DNA of 63,519 nucleotides, filler included, from Octopus bimaculoides (GCF_001194135.2; 9 parts of 9 records of this genome joined end to end with filler, not necessarily neighbours in it); one strand, 5' to 3'. Positions 40,845 through 53,173 are shown, counted from the first letter of the whole stretch. The notes: generated by a model from the sequence alone, not told the origin. Translations and numbers: made by a program.

Positions 40845-41036
40845 AGAAACCTTTCTTGTCAGATGACCGCATAGAGATTTCAAACATAAAGCAAACAGCC
40901 ATTTGCTTAACATATTCACATCAAATAATTGAGCTCAAATTATTTTGAGTTTAATTATTTGATGTGAATATGTTAACGAAATGGCTGTATCTTTTATGTT
41001 TGAAGTATATGCGGACATCTGATGAGAACGGTTTCT
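40845..41036. mobile_element. Imperfect fold-back (MITE-like) element with about 85-bp arms
   Basis: 40845-40930 is approximately the reverse complement of 40953-41036. Confidence 0.7.
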
Positions 41037-41503
41037 TTCAAATAATGTAATATTTTTATTAACTAATTAAAGGAGTCGTTTGAAACGGCCGTAATGAATT
41101 GGCATCTGTACATCTTTGTTACTCATTTATATATGTGTGTGTGTGTGTTTGTCTGTCCGTCTCTGCGTCTGTTATTGTGTCACCACCATCGAGTGTTTAC
41201 CTAACCGTAACTTAGGGGTTCGGCGAAAGAAATGATAGAATAAGTATTAGGCTTACAAAGAATAAGTCTTCGACTGAGAAGTTCTTTTGAATCAGTTCTC
41301 TAGCATGGCCGCATTCAAATGACTGAAACAAGTAAAAGAATAAGAAAATATATAAATGCATAAGTATATACAAGAAGAAAGAGATATGACAAAGGAATAA
41401 ATAATTACCTTATGAATTAACAGCTGTTTCTGCTATAAGATGCAGTGCAGTAGACTTAGAGTTGACGCCCCTGAAACATGCTATATTGACTTCTACACCG
41501 GAT

Positions 41504-41580
<77 letters not shown>

Positions 41581-42267
41581 GAGTGGTTGTGTGGTAAGTA
41601 ACTTGCTTACCAATCACATGATTCCGTGTGAAGTACCATTGCGTGGCACCGTGGGCAAGTGTCTTCTACTATAGCCTAAACCTTCCAATGGTAAAAACGT
41701 AAATTCCAAGGTAATATCCATAAGCTATAGGGTTATATGGTAAAGAAAGTCACTTCTAGGAGTAATTCCCACAGGTTATGAGAATTACATCTTATTTCAA
41801 TTTTACTGGCGTAAATAACGAGGGTGAGACATTGTGGAGTGAGTTTAATGGCATGGGATGATCCATATATATATATGGCTCTGGTCGGCCCGAGGCTATT
41901 GTAGAAGACACTTACCCAAGGTGTCACACAGTGGGACTGAACTCGGTATCATGTGGTTGGTAAGCAATCTACTTACCACACAGCCACTCCTGTGTCGGTC
42001 TCTTTTACCGAACCGCTAGGTTACGGGGACGTAAACACACCAGCATCGGTAGTCAAACACAGACATACAAACACTCACACACACAAATATATATATATAT
42101 ATATGGTGCAGGAGTGGGTGTGTGGTGATTAGATTGCTTACCAACCACATGGTTTAGGGTCCAGTCCCACTGCGTGGCACCTTAGGCAAATATCTTCTAC
42201 TATAGCGACCATGCCGACCAAAGCTTTGTCAGTGGATTTGCTATACAGAAACTGAAAGATGCCAGTC

Positions 42268-42313
<46 letters not shown>

Positions 42314-42414
42314 NNNNNNNNNNNNNNNNNNNNNNNNNNNNNNNNNNNNNNNNNNNNTTAATTAATTAANNNNNNNNNNNNNNNNNNNNNNNNNNNNNNN
42401 NNNNNNNNNNNNNA

Positions 42415-43026
42415 AGCTACACAGAAATATCAGACATCAATTACGATCATCAACAACCTATCAAAAAACAAGACGGTACTACATCAATCAGCAGCGGGAA
42501 CATGGTAACAGCAAACAGAACACTGATAAACAAAGTGCTTTACACTTCNNNNNNNNNNNNNNNNNNNNNNNNNNNNNNNNNNNNNNNNNNNNNNNNNNNN
42601 NNNNNNNNNNNNNNNNNNNNNNNNNNNNNNNNNNNNNNNNNNNNNNNNNNNNNNNNNNNNNNNNNNNNNNNNNNNNNNNNNNNNNNNNNNNNNNNNNNNN
42701 NNNNNNNNNNNNNNNNNNNNNNNNNNNNNNNNNNNNNNNNNNNNNNNNNNNNNNNNNNNNNNNNNNNNNNNNNNNNNNNNNNNNNNNNNNNNNNNNNNNN
42801 NNNNNNNNNNNNNNNNNNNNNNNNNNNNNNNNNNNNNNNNNNNNNNNNNNNNNNNNNNNNNNNNNNNNNNNNNNNNNNNNNNNNNNNNNNNNNNNNNNNN
42901 NNNNNNNNNNNNNNNNNNNNNNNNNNNNNNNNNNNNNNNNNNNNNNNNNNNNNNNNNNNNNNNNNNNNNNNNNCCGACGGAAACAAAGTACTTAAACATC
43001 TGTCAGGGCACTTCGTTAATCGCTAA
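42415..43026 (+). CDS. Unassigned ORF upstream of the NS1-like gene (two pieces across an N gap), probably viral
   Basis: Stop-free SYTEISDINYDHQQPIKKQDGTTSISSGNMVTANRTLINKVLYT, then a gap, then DGNKVLKHLSGHFVNR*. It shares the A/C-rich composition of the NS1-like ORF. Confidence 0.4.
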   Translation, partial: SYTEISDINYDHQQPIKKQDGTTSISSGNMVTANRTLINKVLYTXXXXXXXXXXXXXXXXXXXXXXXXXXXXXXXXXXXXXXXXXXXXXXXXXXXXXXXXXXXXXXXXXXXXXXXXXXXXXXXXXXXXXXXXXXXXXXXXXXXXXXXXXXXXXXXXXXXXXXXXXXXXXXXXXXXXXXXXXXXXXXXDGNKVLKHLSGHFVNR

Positions 43027-43052
43027 TAACAGCGACAGCGTTTCGTAAACAC

Positions 43053-43104
43053 TGGGCGGGAAAAACCTCAATATATACAGCGACGATAACACGAATTAAA
43101 CAGT
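43053..43104 (+). promoter_or_regulatory. Putative viral promoter: GC box, TATATA and CAGT initiator
   Basis: GGGCGGG at about 43054-43060, TATATA at 43072-43077, CAGT at 43101-43104 (29 nt after the TATA start) and ATG at 43117. Confidence 0.4.
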
Positions 43105-43116
43105 CAGCCGACAGCG

Positions 43117-44092
43117 ATGGAGCCCGCAACAGACAGCACAATGTACGCTACTAAAGAAACATTCGACGCCTTCATAAAAACTTCTCAATTGTTACCGTAT
43201 ACTTGGGTATACAGATGGAACGAAGACAACGAGTTCACGTGGGACGAATCACCAACAATCGGCAAAGCGCTGGAAACTATACGTTACACACAATCACCGC
43301 AAGCGCAATATTTCATGAACATCATAACGAAACACCCTTCGATAGTCATTTATCACAAAGACGCCGCCAGTAAAATCAAACACTGCTACGATAAAAAACA
43401 TTTCCACGTGATTTCATTCCACAAAGACCATCCATCGAATCAACACAGTTTCCAAATGTTGAAAAACATTCTGAAGAACAATGTTGCCAAACCGTATAAC
43501 ATGTCCGCCATGAAAGTCTTCACACCCTTCGGGTTCTGTAAATACCTCACGCAGGACGAATCGATGAGATGGGTTGTCTGCGCCAACAACATCACCTCCA
43601 AACAACAGACAGCTCTACTAAAACAACTCACCGACAAGGAATACCACGACAGCGATACCGATTTATCGGACACCGAATCGGTGAATAAAACGAAGACTGT
43701 CAGAGGTGACAAATACGATTTCATAAAGAAAATGATGCGACAATGCAACAGCACAGACTTGGGAGANNNNNNNNNNNNNNNNNNNNNNNNNNNNNNNNNN
43801 NNNNNNNNNNNNNNNNNNNNNNNNNNNNNNNNNNNNNNNNNNNNNNNNNNNNNAAACGATCATATCGGCAGCAGCTACAGAAACTAACATAGAAACGCTT
43901 AGCACTCCCGTCTGGCAACAAATTAAGGATAAGAAAAATTTATTTATGAACAACATGAATAACTACCACGACATTCAAACATCGCTAGACATTTACGAGG
44001 AATGGCTGAAACACCACAACTTCGACCCGCGAACATTCGCGCAACAGACATTCGACATATGCCACAAGATAAACCCGAAAATAAACGGCCTA
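43117..44092 (+). CDS. Parvovirus-like NS1 (HUH endonuclease and start of the SF3 helicase region); endogenous viral element or co-assembled virus
   Basis: 216 stop-free codons containing HFHVI (HUH motif) and KYLTQD (catalytic Tyr region). After an internal gap another stop-free stretch, ...DIYEEWLKHHNFDPRTFAQQTFDICHKINPKINGL, resembles the segment just before Walker A of parvoviral NS1. Walker A itself falls in the next gap. Confidence 0.75.
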
Positions 44093-44344
44093 NNNNNNNN
44101 NNNNNNNNNNNNNNNNNNNNNNNNNNNNNNNNNNNNTTAATTAATTAANNNNNNNNNNNNNNNNNNNNNNNNNNNNNNNNNNNNNNNNNNNNTCATATGA
44201 AATCCATACAACGTGAAATTTCAATCCTGAAACTCATGTTGTCCTCTCCCCCTCTCCTCTATCTCTCTCTGTCCTCTCTGTGCGCGTGCGTACACACACG
44301 CATGTATACACACGCACACACACACACACACACACATACATTTA

Positions 44345-45660
44345 TATTTGACCTCACATGTCAGCAAGACAATGGAGCGCATCGTCAGAAAAAGGCTGAT
44401 CACGGTTCTAGAAGAAAACAACCTTCTCACAAATACGCAAAATGGCTTCTGTCCAAGGAGGAGCTGCCTCACACAACTGCTGCAGCAATTTGACTGGGCA
44501 CTGAAACAAGAGCTAAACCAGTCAGCTGTAGATGTGATATACCTCGACTTTGTCAATGTCTTCGACAAGATTGATCATGGCATGATATGTCACAGGCTGC
44601 GAAAATATGGTATTACTGAGAAATTGGGAGAGTGGCTGCATGACTTTCAGAGGGGTAGGAATCAGACAGTTGTAGCCAATGGTGCTCAGTCTGAAGAGAC
44701 ACCAATTCTCAGCGGAGTCCTACAGAGAACTGTACTGGGGCCACTACTATTCAGACATGCCCTCTGCGGTACAGCCAGCCAATCTGACCAGTTATGCTGA
44801 CGACACAAAAGTATCACAGGCAGTTAGGAATCCAGAGGATATCATACAACTTCAGAAAGACCTGAATGAAATACACAAATGGACATAACAAAAATAACAT
44901 GCAGTTCAATGCTATGAAATTTCAGGCACTCCACTATCGGCCCAACACCAGGCTAAAATCGGAATACACTAGACCAGAAGATAATACGATCCCAGAATCA
45001 GAGTCATTGCGTGACCTAAGGGTTCACATGAGCAATGATGCAACATTCCATGTGCATATTACCAAGATGGAAAAACTGTGCAGACGAGTGGTTGGATGGA
45101 TTCTGAAGACATTCAGAACCAGAAAAGAGAGGCCCTGCTACTCCTATGGAGGAGATTCGTTCTAAGTCGCTTGGACTACTGCTCCCAACTATGGTCCCCC
45201 GAGAGTGTGAAACAAACTGTGGAACTCGAAGCAATCCTGCACCAATACACAAAGAACATTGACACGATGCAAAAGATGGGCTACTGGGAGAAGCTAAAGG
45301 AGCCAAGTCTCTATTCCCTGGAGAGAAGACGAGAGAGATATGCGGTGATATATGTTTGGAAAATCTTGGGGGGTTTAGCTCTCAATTTTGGAATTGACAG
45401 CTATACTAATCCCCGAAGTGGACAGTACTGCATCGTACCAAACGTCCCGTATTCCCCATCTAAAATAAGGATACAGTACTGCAATAACCTGGGTTTCAAG
45501 GGACCCGCAATTGTTCAAGATCCTGCCAGGCAACCTTAGAGATCTACATGGCGTTGATGTGGAAGTTTTCAAGGAACGTCTGGACAGGTTTCTCTCTGAG
45601 ATACCAAATGAACTCACATCGCGGCAGGAGACGCAAAGAAGAGCAGCTCCGTCCAACTCG
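44345..45660 (+). mobile_element. CR1-group LINE reverse transcriptase, frameshifted
   Basis: TSHVSKTMERIV...QNGF...SCLTQLL...VDVIYLDFVNVFDKIDH, YADDTK, and LYSLERRRER..IYVWKIL. Confidence 0.9.
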
Positions 45661-45701
45661 CTACTTCACCAAAAACAATACCGTTTGTGTGTNNNNNNNN
45701 N

Positions 45702-46265
45702 NTTTTTTTCCGTCCAAAATGGTGTTGAAAACTGCGGAATAAATGATAATCAGATGAAGCAATGTCCAGCGAATATGGTGGGTGGGGTCATTGTTCCCAT
45801 TCAAACTGCTCCAGTATTTGGAATTCATCCTCGCTCTATGTGGCCGAGCATTATCCTAATGGAAGAACACCCTTTGTCTTGAAACCAAAGATGGTCGTTT
45901 TCTTCTAGCGCTGACTTAAGCCGTTCGCAGTAGATCTCCTTTGTTATCGTTTGGTTTGGGCTTAAAAGTTCAAAGTGAACTAAACCTTTCATATCCTATC
46001 AAACAGATAACAACACCTTACGTGGGTGAAGACCTTCTTTAGCCTGGGGTGCTGGTGGTTCTCCTTTCCCGACCCACTGTCTTTGGCACTTGGCATTTTT
46101 ATAGAGAACCCATTTCTGATCACCAGTCACTATTCGGTCCCAAAATAGTTCATCCATGAGACATGAGAGCAAAGAAGAGCACACATTCACTCTCTGCGCA
46201 TGATTAGACTCGGAAAGTTTGTGAGGAATCCATTGACCCAATTTGCTGACTTTTCCAATGGCACA
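45702..46265 (-). mobile_element. Mariner (DD34D) transposase pseudogene fragment
   Basis: GQWIPHKL, RIVTGDQKW, LHPRKVLL and PHPPYSLDIASSDYHLF motifs. Confidence 0.92.
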
Positions 46266-46274
46266 CAAATGTCG

Positions 46275-46294
46275 ATGAGCGATTGAATGACTAA

Positions 46295-46342
<48 letters not shown>

Positions 46343-46344
46343 CT

Positions 46345-46420
<76 letters not shown>

Positions 46421-46470
46421 CTATCTGTCTATCTATCTGTCTATCTACTTATCTAATCTATCTATCTATT
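46275..46470. repeat. (CTAT)n microsatellite
   Basis: Direct inspection. Another lies at about 62670-62735. Confidence 0.95.
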
Positions 46471-48368
46471 CACATATATACCGTACATACAGACGCATAA
46501 ATACACACGCACCTTTTAGCACTCTTATAGCTTAATATACAATATGTAGAGTTATATATGCNNNNNNNNNNNNNNNNNNNNNNNNNNNNNNNNNNNNNNN
46601 NNNNNTTAATTAATTAANNNNNNNNNNNNNNNNNNNNNNNNNNNNNNNNNNNNNNNNNNNNATTATTTTTCTCTCGGCTGCCGCCGAATGTCCAATCCAT
46701 ACTGGCCACAGCAGTCGACATGAATTCGCTCGACCAGTTAGCCACCATGGCGGACAAAATTATTGAGTTCACTGTGCAGCCTGCACCTCATCATACTTGT
46801 TCTGACACCGTAGTAGCTTCTTCTACTACCACTAAGTCTTCTCCCTCGTCACATGATGACATTTTGGAGAGAGTCGATGCACTGGCACGTCGCATGGACA
46901 CATTGTGGCGAGAACACGCCAGCTCTCATCGTCCTCACAGCAGAAGCCATTCTAAGTCACGGTTGACTAGATCTACTTCAACAGGTTCCAATCTCTGCTG
47001 GTATCATGCCACTTTCAAGGAGAAAGCCCGTCATTGCATCCAATCCTGTTCGTTCAAGTTGTCGACTCGCTATTATATCACTACTTTTGGACCATCCGTA
47101 TTTTCGCATCCACGGTGACTCACTACTGATCGGCTAAACAAGGCTCGTTCTGAGTTTGAACATAAGCACGTCACCAGACTTCGCTCGTATTTCTCAAGTC
47201 TTCCACCCATACATCTGCGTGACCAATTTATTCCCTCTCACGTCCCACCGGACATTGACAAATGGACTCGTGTTTTGTTCGGGATGATTCTGTCAAAGGA
47301 CCTCTCGTTTCTCCTTATAAGGGACCATTTTGTGTGCTTTCGCGCATACCCAAAACTTTTAGTCTCGACATCAATGGTCGGGCAGAGAACGCCTTATTCA
47401 CCCCTCCACCAGCCCTTGGGCATCTCTTCTACATTTGGCACGGAAAGGGGATTCAAACTTCCGCCTGGTAGGGAATTACAGACGTTTAAATGAGGTCACT
47501 GTTCCCGATCGCTATCCTACAAGGAAACTCCAGGATTTTTCTTCGAACTTGCATGGTTGTACCATTTTTTCCAAGGTTGACCTCATCTGAGTTTATCATC
47601 AGATTCCAATGAACACTGACGACATTCCCAAAACTGCCGTTACCACCCCTTTTGGAAGTTTCGAGTTACTGTTTATGAGCTTTGGTTTGCGGAATGCAAC
47701 GAGCACATTCCAGAGGTTTATCGATGAAGTTGTCCGTGGACTTGATTTTGTGTTCGCTTACGTCGATGATTTGCTCATAGCTAGCGACACGTGTGAAAAT
47801 CATCTCCAACACTTATCTCAACTTTTTCAGCGTCTTCGCATCTACAATGTGGGAATCAACCCCGATAAGTGTGTTTCCGGACAGGCCTTTCTGGAATTCC
47901 TAGTTCATTATATCGACTTTAATAGTATCTGACCTCTCTCTTCCAAAGTCGATGCAATTCAACGCATCTCACCTCCCACTTCTCTACGCCAATTGCGTCA
48001 CTTTTTGGGAATCGTCAACTTCTATAGAAGATTCATACATAAATGTGCAGACAAGTTACTTCCATTGACTCAACTACAGAAAGCAAATACAAAAAGAGAT
48101 GCTCCTATCACTCTGTCTACCGAGGCATTATCTTCTTTTGAGTCAATTAAGAAGGAAATAGCTTCTGTTCCCTTGTTTGCACATCCGGCTCCTGATGCTC
48201 GTTTCTCTTTCACACTTGATGCATTGGATTCTGCGGTTGGTGCTGTTTTGCAACATACCGTCGACAATCAAACTCGTCCTTTGGCATTTTTCTCTCGTCA
48301 GTTACAGCCAGCTGAGCGTCGTTACAGTACGTTTGATTGTGAACTCTTAACTGTCGATTCGTCACTTT

Positions 48369-49468
48369 TGTAGTGAAACTACCTCCCGCCATTAGATACA
48401 AACTACTATCGCCATTACATACAATCTCCTCATTTAAATATAAATAAATGCGAGCGTAGTAGAGAACCCATTCCTTGTCATCACGTGACTGATTATTATT
48501 CGAATCGGCAACTTCTTCGAACCGTTCCCGCCAGAACGCAAACTGACCAATCACAGCCCCTAATAAGGTCACGTGATAGAGTATTAAACTGAAGCATTCG
48601 GGAGCCAATAATTCGCCTTAAATAGATCAACTCATACCCAACAAATTTGTCTCGGTTCAGTTTCTCTTTGNNNNNNNNNNNNNNNNNNNNNNNNNNNNNN
48701 NNNNNNNNNNNNNNNNNNNNNNNNNNNNNNNNNNNNNNNNNNNNNNNNNNNNNNNNNNNNNNNNNNNNNNNNNNNNNNNNNNNNNNNNNNNNNNNNNNNN
48801 NNNNNNNNNNNNNNNNNNNNNNNNNNNNNNNNNNNNNNNNNNNNNNNNNNNNNNNNNNNNNNNNNNNNNNNNNNNNNNNNNNNNNNNNNNNNNNNNNNNN
48901 NNNNNNNNNNNNNNNNNNNNNNNNNNNNNNNNNNNNNNNNNNNNNNNNNNNNNNNNNNNNNNNNNNNNNNNNNNNNNNNNNNNNNNNNNNNNNNNNNNNN
49001 NNNNNNNNNNNNNNNNNNNNNNNNNNNNNNNNNNNNNNNNNNNNNNNNNNNNNNNNNNNNNNNNNNNNNNNNTTATTGCGTACCCAAGAACTGGTATAAT
49101 TGTTCACGTGTTATTGACTCTCTTTCTATTTGCTGTAATATTTCACATACACATACATGTATCACTCACATACACACTTTTCTTTGTACGACGGCCTGTC
49201 TTTGATTATGTTCTTATATGTCGCATTCACACTCTCACACAGACATACATCTTTAACGCCATAATAAATATCTCTGTTATTCATCTAATACGGTTGTGGT
49301 CTTTCATTACTGGTCATCTATGTTATCGTCGCATAACATATCGTGTATATCATTATTTGATATATAATTGTGTGTTCGACCGTGTGACACGTTTAAATAA
49401 AAGGAGTCCTCTGTTTTTCCATTCGTCACCGTTTCTCCTTTTTTGAGTTCGCACGGTCGTACCTTACA
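48369..49468. mobile_element. Solo LTR nested in the Gypsy RNase H, with a 4-bp CTTT target site duplication
   Basis: cttt|TGTAGTG...CCTTACA|cttt. Removing it restores CGT CAC TTT CAA CAT CAA ([12 protein letters not shown]). Confidence 0.85.
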
Positions 49469-51074
49469 CTTTCAACATCAACTCGAGGGTCAGGATTTTG
49501 TGATTTATACTGATCACAAGCCTCTTACGTTTGCTCTGTCATCCAAATCGGACAGACACTCGCCTCGTGCTTTTCGTCACCTGGACTACATTTTCCAGTT
49601 CACAAGTGACATTCGGCATATACCTGGAACAGAGAACATGCCTGCTGATGCACTCTGTCATCTCCCTGTATGTTCTCTTTCAACTCCTGCTGCAATCGAT
49701 TTAATTACCATTGCGCAAGATCGGCCAGCTCTGCACACATTGGATCTAACTTACACCAAGCTGTCCTGTTGCAAGTTTGCCTATCTTCCACTTCCGTCTG
49801 CTGAAGGCACAATCCTTTGGGACATAGCTACTGGTTCTCCCAGACCGTTTGTACCCGCGACCCACCAGCGTTCTGTTTTCGATGCCCTACATTCACTGTC
49901 ACATCCTGGCATCACTGCCTCGGTGAAGCTTATTACGGCTCGGTTTTTCTGGCCTAATACGTGCCGTATGATCACCGCTTTGGCACGCTCTTGTGCGAAA
50001 TGCCAGCGTTCTAAAGTCTACAGACACATTTGCGCTCCTCTTGGACAGTTTTCTCCGCCGGAGACTCGCTTTCGCCATATCCACATTGATCTGGTTGGAC
50101 CATGGCCTGTCAGTCGCGGTTTCTCTTACATATTGACAAGCGTCGATCGTTTCTTTCGTTGGCCTGAAGCCATTCCAATAGTGGACATTTCCGCTGAGTC
50201 AGTTGCTCCAGCTTTCATTTTTAACTGGATTGCTCGTTTTGGTGTCCCAGCTAAAATAACCACTGATCGCGGACGCCAGTTCGAGGCTTCCCTATTTCGT
50301 GAATTATCACAAATCCTAGGCGTTCATCATATTCGTACGACCAGCTACCAACCAGCCTCCAACGGGATGGTCGAATGTCTTCACAGGCAACTGAAGGCCG
50401 CTCTACGCGTCATTCCTGATCAACAGTCTTGGAGAGAATTCCTGCCTGTCGTTCTTCTTGGTTGTCGCACTGCTGTTAAAACAGACTTAGGTTTCTCCTC
50501 TGCTGAACTTCTTTACACTACCATCCTGGCACTCTCTGGCACAATGTTGGCGCTAGATAATTCATCGCCTCATGATCCAACGTTGTATGTCACCAGACTT
50601 TGCTCGTATTTCTCAAGTCTTCCACCCATACATCTGCATGACCAGTCTATTCCCTCTCACGTTTCACCGGACATTGACAAATGGACTCGTGTTTTTGTTC
50701 GGGATGATTCTGTCAATGGACCTCTCGTTTCTCCTTATAAGGGACCATTTCGTGTACTTTCGCACACACCCAAGACTTTTAGTCTCGACATCAATGGTCG
50801 GGCAGATACCGTGTCGGTTGACAGACTTAAAAGGGCACATTTTGAAGTGTCCACACCCTTCGATGACACTCCAATCACGCTCACTTTTGATCCTTTACAA
50901 CCACCTACACATTCACCTGCACATGCACCTTTGACTACACCATCACCTACACCTCCACCTTCGTCGCCACTACCTAACACGAACAAACCCTATGTCACCA
51001 GGACTGGCCGAACTATGCATTGGCCCCCAAACTCACTAGAACTATTTACATCTAACCGTTTTTTCCTCCCGTGA
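49469..51074 (+). CDS. Gypsy RNase H C-terminus plus integrase, uninterrupted reading frame
   Basis: Stop-free to 51074. The ORF-track start at 49443 lies inside the nested LTR. Confidence 0.85.
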
Positions 51075-51723
51075 CAGACAATTGTTTTTCGTGTGCTGAA
51101 CAATACCTTGCCATTGAACTTGTAAAAATAATATTTTGTGCATGCTCCTTTTATATTGCTTGTGATTATTTTTTTCTCAATTTCACAGTTTGTATTATAT
51201 TTTGTACCACATCTTGCTGTTTGTGATCGGTGGCCATCTTTGCTTTCTTGTGCCTGCTCCAGTCATTCTAATTTCGCACTAGCGTTCTCAGTGGGGAACC
51301 TCTGTAGCGTAACACAAGAAGCCAGCGCCATTTTGTGCGAGATCTCGCCAGCAGCCATTACCATGTCCGAGACAAGAGTGAGATCTCGCCTACAACTATG
51401 TTTGCCATGCGCGAGACCACAGCGAGGCTCTGGTGGGCAACATCTATTTAAGGAGGCGTATTATTAGAAGAGTGATGGATGCACGCCAAGAAGAAAATTT
51501 GGCAACAATGTGAGACTGGTGATGATTTATTTACATCATATCTTCATAAACATATGTGACGAAACAAATGTAGAGAAAATCTATTTACGAATCTCATTTC
51601 GTGCATCAGTATGCTTTACAGTAAATGTGATTGCTTTCATTTTATATATTACACATGTACCAGTTCCATGTTATATTAAATATATCTACATTCATGTATT
51701 GGATTCATTGGTACGTCACATAG

Positions 51724-52096
51724 TGTTATAGGAATAGTGGTTACACACCATTAGGTGTGCACCTACTTTCCTATATTAAATTAGGAATAAACGGAACGCA
51801 GAACTCCAAACTATCAACTCAACAATATTTATTTAAGGTGGAAAATAGACAGCTTTACTCTTGGTTGTTGAGACGCCTTCTGTGTGTGAGAACATGGTTG
51901 CTGGGACGTTGGTATGTTGATGTGAGCTGTCTAGCGTGAGTTCGAAAGATGGAGAGAGACAGCTAGACACGTCCTTGCTCAATCGCTGGCCAGTCGAGAA
52001 AGAGACAGAATAAAGCGGGAAAGCTTGGATGTTGAATTCCATGCATGCGTGAGACTACGCATGCGTGAGACTACGCATGCGCACAGCGTTACTACA
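51724..52096 (-). mobile_element. Solo-LTR-like repeat (family F)
   Basis: TGTAGTAAC...TATAACA termini on the minus strand with an internal AATAAA. Homologues at about 55510-55900 and 61155-61240. No clear target site duplication. Confidence 0.6.
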
Positions 52097-52910
52097 GTGT
52101 CTATATGAAATTAGGGAGTGTCGCTATCGTCACATTCGGTTTCCATCGCAAAAAAAAAATCATTTCTAAGAACAATTTACTTTCACTATTTTTCGACGAA
52201 AAACTGCATGTCAACAATAAAAAGTTTCTAGCTCAGAGTAAAAGCCGACAGCATGATGTTTGTGTACGTATAGCAAAGCTACATGACACATGGGAGGTGA
52301 AATTGTGCCTTACCCTACACTGCCTACCATTACTGTGACGTAGTTTGGTCAGGCGCCGGAAGATGTCATGCGAGTGGAAGGAAGCAGCCGAAGGACCTGA
52401 CCGGAAGTGAAAGGGGAAGTGACATCAAATGAAAAAAAACATTTGAGAGGTCTCTTTTCGGCTCAGGGATTGGTTAGAACGGACCTGCAGTTGGTTGGAG
52501 TCTCAACACATTCTAGCTTCTGGCTATGGTAGGGAGCAAGGGCCCTGCAACAGGGGGTGCACTTACACCTCCTAAAATTTTATTGGAGTGCAAAATTCAT
52601 TATTGCACCAACCACTTACCTCTCCCAGGCTTAGAAAATAGTGTTTAAAAATTGATCTGTAAAATGTTGCTTGAAGTTAGGTTTCTTCACAAAATGAAAA
52701 CTAAAAAAAATAAAAAGATCCCCCCCGCCCAAATTCTGGAGATATATTACTGAACTAAAGCATCCTTAACATTAAAATTAAAATTATATATATATATATN
52801 NNNNNNNNNNNNNNNNNNNNNNNNNNNNNNNNNNNNNNNNNNNNNNNNNNNNNNNNNNNNNNNNNNNNNNNNNNNNNNNNNNNNNNNNNNNNNNNNNNNN
52901 NNNNNNNNNN

Positions 52911-52963
<53 letters not shown>

Positions 52964-53109
52964 TGAGTGTGTAAACCCACATAACTTCTGAAGTTCGCAA
53001 CTGATTTTCTCCAAACTGGGAACATACATTACTTATGTTCCAGAGATGGTTTTAGACTCTTTAAATGTTTCACATGATGAGTAATCTGGCCTCTCGGGTC
53101 AGAAAATAT

Positions 53110-53173
53110 CCTTTGCTGTGGTACGTACGACTACTGTGGTTCTCCACAGTAGTCGTACGTACCACAGCAAAGG
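53110..53173. other. Perfect 30-bp stem hairpin with a 4-nt loop
   Basis: CCTTTGCTGTGGTACGTACGACTACTGTGG-TTCT-CCACAGTAGTCGTACGTACCACAGCAAAGG. Confidence 0.95.

Larger units (their letters stand above)
46662..51394 (+). mobile_element. Ty3/Gypsy LTR retrotransposon (gag fragment, RT, RNase H, integrase, PPT and start of the 3' LTR), rearranged
   Basis: gag-like LCWYHATFKEKARHC; RT KTAVTTPFG..FGLRNA..FQR..YVDDLL; RNase H TLDALDSAVGAVL; integrase with an HHCC region, [17 protein letters not shown] and NGMVE; purine tract GTGGGGAACC before TGTAG at 51303. Confidence 0.93.

Noticed and set aside
41415-41470. GAAACAGCTGTT on the minus strand, resembling hammerhead stem III
   Set aside because: No upstream CUGANGA core or stem I.
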